Of a DNA stretch of 64,000 nt, positions 55,660-64,000 are shown one piece after another (within the stretch, counting starts at the first letter, position 1; each line of letters opens with the position of its first letter). The stretch is taken from NCBI RefSeq assembly GCF_009914755.1, contig NC_060931.1, one strand, 5' to 3'. Made by a program: the position numbers and the translations under genes. Source of the stretch: the human T2T-CHM13v2.0 reference genome, Homo sapiens. A model generated the notes under the pieces. The model made no database searches. It saw only the letters and a list, made by a program, of their open reading frames with translations, and was not told the DNA's origin.

Positions 55660-56506
55660 TTAGTTATTTTAAAATATACAATTAAATTGTTATTGACTAT
55701 AGTAACCCTGTTGTGCTATCAAATATTAGATTTTATTGATTTTTCTACCCATTTTTTGGTACTCCTTAGCTACCCCCACTTCCCCCCTACCCTCCTGTTA
55801 CCCCTCCCAGCCTCTGGTAACCATTATTCTGCTCTCTATCTCTATGAGTTAAATTGTTTTAATTTTTAAATCCCACAAATAAGTGAGAACATGTGAAGTT
55901 GCTCTTCCTGTGTCTGGCTTATTTCTCTTAACATAATGATCTCCAGTTTCATCCACGTTATTGCAAATGAAAAAATATCATTCTTTTTTATGGCTGAATA
56001 GTACTCCTTGCTATATATATACCATATTTTCTTTATCCATTCATCTGTGGTTGGACACTTAGATTGCTTCCAAATCTTGGCTATTGGGAATACTGCTTCC
56101 ATAAACATGGAAGTACAGATGTCTGTTATACCGACTTCCTTTCTTTTGACTATATACCTAACAATGGGATTTCTGGATCATATGGTAGCTCTATTTTTAG
56201 TGTTTTGAGGAACCTCCAAACTGTTCTCCATAGTGGTCATACTAATTTACATTCCCACCAACATTGTATGCAGGTTGCCTTTTCTCTACATCCTCACCAG
56301 CATTTGTTATTGCCTAACTTTTGGATATAAGCCATTTTAACTGGGGTGAGATGATACCTCATTGTAGTTTTGACTTTCATTTCTCTCATGATTAATGATG
56401 CTGAACACTTTTTCATATGCCTGTTTGCCATTTGTATGTCTTCTTTGGATAAATGTATATTCAGATATTTTTGCCAATATTTTAATTAAATTATTGGATT
56501 TTTCTT

Positions 56507-57179
56507 TCTTTTTTTTAAATTATACTTTAAGTTTTAGGGTACATGTGCACAACGTGCAGGCTTGTTACATATGTATACATACGCCATGTTGGTGTGCTGC
56601 ACCCATTAACTCATCATTTAACATTAGGTAAATCTCCTAATGCTATCCCTCCCCCCTCCCCCCACCTCACAACAGACCCCAGTGCATGATGTTCCCCTTC
56701 CTGTGTCCATGTGTTCTCATTGTTCAATTCCCACCTATGAGCGAGAACATGCAGTGTTTGGTTTTTTGTCCTTGCGATAGTTTGCTGAGAATGATGGTTA
56801 CCACCTTCATCCATGTCCCTACAAAGGACATGAACTCATCATTTTTTATGGCTACATAGTATTCCATGGTGTATATGTGCCATATTTCCTTAATCCAGTC
56901 TATCATTGTTGGACATTTGGGTTGGTTCCAATTCTTTGCTATTGTGAATAGTGCCGCAATAAACATACGTGTGCATGTGTCTTTATAGCAGCATGATTTA
57001 TAATCTTTTGGGTATATACCCAGTAATGGGATGGCTGGGTCAAATGGTATTTCTAGTTCTAGATCCCTGAGGAATTGCCACACTGACTTCCACAATGGTT
57101 GAACTAGTTTACAGTCCCACCAACAGTGTAAAAGTGTTCCTATTTCTCCACATCCTCTCCAGCACCTGTTGTTCCCTGA
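56507..57179 (-). mobile_element. Short L1PA4/5-like 3' end nested in L1MA
   Basis: ORF 56724-57095 is the ORF2 C-terminus; TSD ggatttttctt at 56496-56506 / 57180-57190. Confidence 0.92.
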
Positions 57180-58106
57180 GGATTTTTCTTATTGAGTTGT
57201 TTGAGCTCCTTGTGTATTCTGGTTATTAATCCTTTGTCAGATGGTTAATTTGCAAATATTTTTTCCCATTCTGTGCATTACCTCTTCACTTTGTTGATTG
57301 TTTTCTTTGCTGTGCAGAAGCTTTTTAACTTAATGTGATCCCATTTGTCCATTTTTGCTTTGGTTGCCTGTGCGTGTGGGGTATTACTGGTATTGCTCAC
57401 TCTGATATCCTGGAGAGATTCTCTAATATTTTGTTTTAGTAGTTTCAGAGTTTAAGGTCTTAGATTTGAGTCTTCAATCCATTTTGATTTGATTTTTGTA
57501 TATGGCAAGAGATAGGGGTCTCGTTTCATTCCTCTATATGGATATCCAGTTTTCCCAGCACCATTTATTGAAGAAACTATCTTTTCCCCAATGTATATTC
57601 TTGGCACCTTTGTTGAAAATAAGTTCGTTGTAGATGTATGGATTTGTTTCTTGGTTCTCTATTTTTTTACATTGGTCTATTTGTCTGTTTTTATGCCAGT
57701 ACCATGCTGTTTTGGTTACTATAGCTCTGAAGAATATTTTGAAGACAGGTAATATGATTTCTTCAGTTTTGTTCTTTTTACTCAACATAATTTTGGCTAT
57801 TCAGGGTCTTTTGTGGTTCCACATAAATTTTAGGATTGTTTTTACTATTTCTGTGAAGAATGTCATTGGTATTTAGTAAGGATTGCATTGAATCTGTATA
57901 TTGCTTTGGGTATTATGGTCATTTTAACAATATCTTTTCATTTTTTGTGTGTGTGTCCTCTTCAATTTCTTTGACAAATGTTTTATACTTTTTATTGTAG
58001 AGATCTTTAGTTTCTTTGGTTAATTCCTAGCTATTTAATTTTATAAGTATCTACTATAAATTGGATTACTTTCTTGATTCCTTTTTCAGTAATTGCTGTT
58101 AGCATG

Positions 58107-58495
58107 TGTGTTAGCACAGACTGGATAATTTATAAAGAAAAGAGGGTTCATTGGCACATGGTTCCACAAACTGTACAGAAGCATGGCATCATCTGCTTCT
58201 GGGGAGACCTCAGGGAACTTTTACTCATGGCAGAAGGCAAAGTGGGAGCAGGCATTTGACATGGCAGGAGCAGGACCAACAGAGAAGGGAGAGGTGCCAC
58301 ATACTTTTAACAACGAGATGTCACAATAACTTATTTACCCACTATCATGAAAACAGGACTGAAGGGGCGGTGCTAACCCATTCATGAGAATTCCACCCCG
58401 ATGATACAGTCACTTCCCACTAGACCCCACCTTCAACACTGGGAATTACAAATTGACATGAGATTTGAGTGGAGACACAGATTCAAACCATATTA
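58107..58495 (-). mobile_element. MST solo LTR nested in L1MA
   Basis: Perfect 5-bp TSD gcatg; catggcagaaggcaaag motif. Confidence 0.85.
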
Positions 58496-59761
58496 GCATG
58501 TAGAAATGCTACTGATTTTTGTATGTTGTTTTTATATCCTGCAATATGACTGAATTTATTAGTTCTAATATTTTTTGGTGGAATCTTCAGGTTTTTCCAA
58601 ATACAAGATTATATAATCTGCACACAAGGATAATTTGACTTCTCCCTTTCCAATTTGGTTGCTGTTTTTAATTTCTCTTGTCTGATTGCTCTAGCTAGGT
58701 CTTCCAGTACTATGTTGAATAATAGTGATGAAATTGGGCATCCATTGTGTTGTGTTCCCAATCTTAGAGGAAGGTCTTTCAGTTTTTTTCCATTCAGTAT
58801 GGTACTAACTGTGGGTCTGTTGTTATGGCTTCTATCATGTTGTGGTTTGTTTCTTCTATAGCCAGTTTTTTGAGGGCTTTTTGTCATGAAAGGGTGTTGA
58901 ATTTTAGGAAATGCTTTTCATTTCAGCATCAAATGAAATGATCATATGAATTTTCTTCAACATTCTGTTAATATGATGCATCACATTGATTGATTTGTGT
59001 ATGTTGGGCCATCCTTGCATCCCTGGGATGAATCCTACTTGGTTGTGATGAATGACCTTTTTAATGTATTGTTGAATTTGGTTTGCTAGTATTTTGTTGA
59101 GGAATTCTGCCTCAATGTTCATCAGGGACGTTGGCCTGTATTTTTCTTTTTTTGACACATTTTTGTCTGGCTTTAGTATCAGGGTAATACTGGCTTTGTA
59201 GAATGAGTTTGGAAGCATTCCCTCCTCCACCATTATTTGGAATAGTTTCCGTAAGATTGGTGTTAGTACTTCTTTAGATGTTTAGTAAAATTCAGCCGTG
59301 AAGCCTTAAGCTTGCAGCCTTTGTTTTTGCTGAGAGACTTTTTAATTACAGTTTTGATCTCTTTACTTGTTATTACTCTGTTCAGGTTTTGGATTTCCTC
59401 ATGGTTCAATCTTGGTAGGTTGTATGTGTATAGGAATTTACCCATTTCTTCTAGCTTTTCCAATTTCTTGGCATATAGTTGCAAATAGTAGCCTCTAATT
59501 ATCCTTTGAATTTCTGCAGGATCAATTGACTCTTTTCTCTTTTTTTTCCCCCATTAGGCTGGCTAAAGATTTGTCAATTTTGTTTATCTTTTCAGAAAAA
59601 AACACCTTTTGTTCTGATGACTATTTGTATTGTTTCAATTTCATTTATTTCTGCTCTGATCTTTATTATTTCTTTTCTTGTACTAACTTTGGATGTGGTT
59701 TGCTGTTGCTTTTCTAGTTGTGAAGATGCTTCATTAGGTTGTTTATTTGAGCTTTTCTACC

Positions 59762-60039
59762 TTTTTTTTTTTTTCTGAGACAGAGTCTTGCTCTGTTGCC
59801 CAGAGGCATTATCTTGGCTCACTGCAACCCTACCTCCCAGGTTCAAGTGATTCTCCTGCCTTGGCCTTCTGAGTAGCTGGGGTTACAGGCATGTGCCACC
59901 ACATCCGGCTAATTTTGTATTTTTAGTAGAAGCAGGGTTTCACCATGTTGGCTGGCCTCGAACTCCTGACCTCAAGTGATCTGCCTGCCACAGCTTCCCA
60001 AAGTGGTGGGATTACAGGCATGAGCCACTGTGTCCAGCC
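59762..60039 (-). mobile_element. AluS nested in L1MA
   Basis: TSD ttttctac(c/t)ttttt; small internal deletions. Confidence 0.85.
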
Positions 60040-62449
60040 TTTTTTCTACTTTTTTGATGTAAGCAGTTATAGCTAAGAGCTTCCCTCCTTAGTACTGCTT
60101 TTGCTGTATCTCATAGGTTTTGGTGTATTGTCTTGCCATTGTCACTTATTTTAAGAAATTTTAAAATTTCCTTCTTTACGTCTTCATTGACCTACTCGTC
60201 ATTCAGGAGCATGTTGTTTAATTTCCATGTGTTTGTATAGTTTCCAAAATTCCTCTTGTTATTGATTTCTAGTTTGATTTCATTGTGGTCAGAGAAGAGA
60301 TTTGGTATAATTTCATTTTTTTGAATGTTTTAAAGACTTGTTTTGTGGCCTAATATATGGTCTATTCTTGAGAATCATCCATGTGCTGAGGAGAAGAATG
60401 TGTATTCTGTAGCTATTGGATGAAATGTTCTGTAAATATCTATTAAGTCCATTTGTTCTATAATGCAGATTAAGTCTGATGTTTCCTTGTTGATTTTCTG
60501 TCTGGATGATCTGTCTAATGCTGAAAGTGGAGTGTTGAAATCTCCAGCTATTATTGTATTGGGGTCTGTTTCTGTCTTTAGCTCTAATATATATTTCTTA
60601 ATATATCTGGGTGCACCAATGTTGAGTGTGTGTATATATATATATACACATATGTATATATTTTAATTGTTATGTATTCTTGCTGAATTGACCCTTTTCT
60701 CATTATATAATGACCTTCTTTGTCTCTTTTGTAGTGTTTGTCTTGAAATCTATTTTGTCTGACATAAGTATAGCTACTCCTGCTCACTTGTAGTTTGTAT
60801 TTGCATGGAATATCTTTTTCCATCCTTTTATTTTCAGTCTATGTGTGTCCTTATAGGTGAAGTATATGTCTTATAGACAATAGAACGTGGAGTCTTGTTT
60901 TTTTATCCATTAAGCCACTCAATGCCATTTTAATTTTTTTAATTTTATTTTTTGTGGATACATAGTCAGTATATATATTTGTTGGGTATATGAGATGTTT
61001 CATTCTCTGTCTTGATTGGAGAGTTCAGTCCATTTAAATTCAATGTTATTATTGATAAATAAGGGCTTATTTCTGTTATTTTAAAATTTGTTTTCTGGTT
61101 GTTTTATGGTCTTTTCTTCCTTTCTGTCTTCTTTTTAATCACTGTGATTTTCTCTGGTGGTAGGCTTTGATTTCTTGCTTTTTATTTTTTGTGTATTTGT
61201 TATATGTTTTTCAATTTGAGGTTACCACTAGGCTTGTAAATAATATAATCCACTATTTTAAACTGATGCCAACTTAACACTGATTGCATAAATACACAAA
61301 AGAAAGCTAATATAAACTCTGCACTTTAATTTTGTCCACCCTTTTTAACTTTTGTTGTTTCTACTTTTTATTGTACTGTCTGTATCTTGAAAAGTTATTG
61401 TAATTATTACTTTTAATCAGTTCATCTTTTTGTCTTTCTGTGTAAGATATGAGTAGTTTATACACCAAAATTAGTCTTATAATAGTCTGTGTTTTTCTGT
61501 GTACTTACTATTGTCAATAAGTTTTGTACCTTCAGATGATTTTTTGCTGCTCATTAATGTCCTTTTCTTTCAGATTGAATAACTTTGTTTAGTGTTTCTT
61601 ATAGGACAGGTCTGGTGTTGATGAAATCACTCAACTTTTGTTTGTCTGGGAATGTCTTTATTTCTCCTTCATATATGAATGATATTTTTGCTGGATATAC
61701 TATTCTGGGGTAAAAGTTTTTTTTTTCTTTCAGAGTTTTAAATATGTCATGCCACTCTCTTCTAGCCTATAAGATTTCCATGGAAAAATCTGCTGCCAGG
61801 CATATTGGAACTTCATTGTAGTTTTTTTTCTCCTGCTACTTTTAGGATCCTTTCTTTTTTCTTGACCTTTGGGAGTCTGATTATTAAAAACCTTGAGGTA
61901 GCCTTGTTTGAGCTAAAGTCTCTTGGTGTTCTGTAATCTTCTTGTAGTTAAGTATTGATATCTTTCTCTAGGATTGGGAAGTTCTGTTATTATCCCTTTG
62001 AATAAACTTTCTACCTGCCCTCATCTCTACCTCCTATCTAATGCCAAAAACTCTTTAATTTAATTTGCCCCTTTGAGGTTGTTTTCTAGATCTTCTAGGT
62101 GTGATTCATTCTTTTTTATCCTTTTTTAAAAATTTGTCTCCTCTGATTATGTTTACAAACAGCCATCTTCAAGCTCACTACTTATTTCTTCTGCTTGATT
62201 AATTCTGCTGTTGAGAGACTCTGATGTATTCTTCAGTGTGTTAATTGCATTTTCAACTCCAGAATTTCTGCTTGATTTTTAAAATTATTTCAGTGTCTTT
62301 GTTAAATGTATCTGATAGAATTTTGAATTCTTTCTCTATGTTATCCTTAATTTCTTTGAGTTTACTCAAAACAGCCCTTTTGAAATCTGTCTGAAAAGTC
62401 ACATATCTCTCTCTGGGATAAGTCCCTCGTGCCTTATTTTATTATTTGG

Positions 62450-64000
62450 TGATATGGCTTGGCTCTGTGTCTCCACCCAAATCTCATGTTGAATTGTAAT
62501 TCCTAATTTTGGAGGTGGTACATGGTGGGAGGTTATTGGATTGTGTGGCTGGTTTCTAATGGTTAGCATCATCCACCTAGTGCTGTCTTGTGATAGAGGT
62601 CTCATGAGATCTCGTTGTTTGAAAGTGTGTAGCACCTCCCTCTTTGCTCTCTCTCTCTCATGCCAGCCAAGTGAAAATGTGCTTGTTTCCCCTTTGCCTT
62701 CCGCCATGATTGTAAATTTCCTCAGGCCTCCCCCGAAGCAGAAGCCTGTGCAGCCTGCAGAACCATGAACTGATTAAACTTCTTCTCTCGGCCGGGCACG
62801 GTGGCTCATGCCTGTAATCCCAGCACTTTGGGAGGCCAAGGTGGGCGGATCACAAGGTCAGGAGATTGAGACCATCCTGGCTAACACAGTGAAACCCCAT
62901 CTCTACTAAAAATACAAAAAATTAGCCGGGCGTGGTGGCGGGCACCTGTAGTCCCAGCTACTCAGGAGGCTGAGGCAGGAGAATGGCGTGAACCTGGGAG
63001 GCGGAGCTTGCAGTGAACCAAGATCGCGCCACTGCACTCCAGCCTGGGCGACAGAGCAAGACTCCGTCTCAAAAACAAACAAACAAACAAACAAAAAACC
63101 AACTTCTTTTCTGTATAAATTACCTAGTCTCAGTTCTTTATAGTAATGTGAGAATGGACTAATACAGAAAATTGGTACCAGGAGTGGGGTATTGCTATAA
63201 GGATACCTGAAAATGTGGAAGCAGCTTTAAAACTGGGTAGTGGGCAGAGGATGGAGCAGTTTGAAGGTTCAGAAGAAGAGAGGAAGATGAGAGAAAGTTT
63301 GGAAATTCCTAGAGACTTGTTAAATTGTTGTGACCAAAATGCTGATAGTGATATGGACAATGAAGTTCAGGTTTAAGTGGTCTCAGATGGAGTTGAGGAA
63401 CTTATTGGGGACTGGAGTAAAGGTCACTCTTGCTTTGCTTTAGCAGAGACTGGTGGCACTATGCCCCTGCTCTAGGGATCAGTTGAACTTTGAACTTGAA
63501 AGAGATGATTTAGGGTATCTGGTGGACAAAATTTCTAAGTAGCAAAGCATTCAAGATGTGGCTTCTTCTTACCATGTATGCTCAGATGTGTGAACAAAGA
63601 GATTATCTGAACCTGGAACTTATATTTAAAAGGGAAGCAGAGCATGCCTGGAAGGTGTTTCAGAGACCTTCATGGCAGCCCCTCCCATCACAGGCCTGGA
63701 GGCCTGGAAGGGAAGAATGATTTTATGGGCCAGGCCCAGGGTCCCACTGCCCTGCACAACCTCAGGACACTGCTCCCTCTGTCCCAGCCACTCCAGCTCC
63801 AGCTGTGGCTAAAAGGGCCCCAGATACATCTCAGGCTGCTGCTCCAGAGGGTGCAAGCTGGAGCTGCCAAGCCTTCCAGATGGTGTTAGGCCTGTGGGTG
63901 CACAGAGAGCAAGAGTTGAGGCTTGGGTGCCTCTGCCTAGATTTCAGAGGATGTATAGAAATACCTGGATGTCCAGGCAGAAGTCTACTGCAGGGACAGA
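62450..64000 (+). mobile_element. MSTA 5' LTR (62450-63166) plus MST internal region running off the window
   Basis: tgatatggcttgg...ggactaataca, then gaaaattggtacca (primer-binding region) and MaLR internal sequence. Confidence 0.88.
62790..63100 (+). mobile_element. AluY nested in the MSTA LTR
   Basis: AluY diagnostics, (AAAC)n tail; TSD aacttctt(c/t)tct. Confidence 0.92.

Overview
Primate DNA, almost certainly human because it carries an AluYb8 copy. It is AT-rich, has no CpG island, and is roughly half transposon-derived. The only host coding sequence I can support is a 77-nt + strand exon at 10268-10344 ([26 protein letters not shown]), which I recognise from memory as ADAM22 prodomain sequence, probably exon 3. 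The rest is the two flanking introns. All long ORFs in the track are LINE-1 ORF2 remnants or Alu/LTR read-through. I see no new gene system. The most unusual signals are: (1) three short insertions copied from nearby DNA (a 74-bp inverted repeat, a 146-bp direct copy inside a MIR, and a 70-bp inverted filler in the 5' junction of a twin-primed L1); (2) two L1PA copies 34 kb apart that share non-consensus variants, through gene conversion or assembly cross-talk; (3) splice-site patterns suggesting a 9-nt neural-type microexon and a 77-nt poison exon; (4) several atypical Alu insertions. Repeat subfamily calls come from remembered consensus sequences, not a search, and boundaries of old repeats are approximate.
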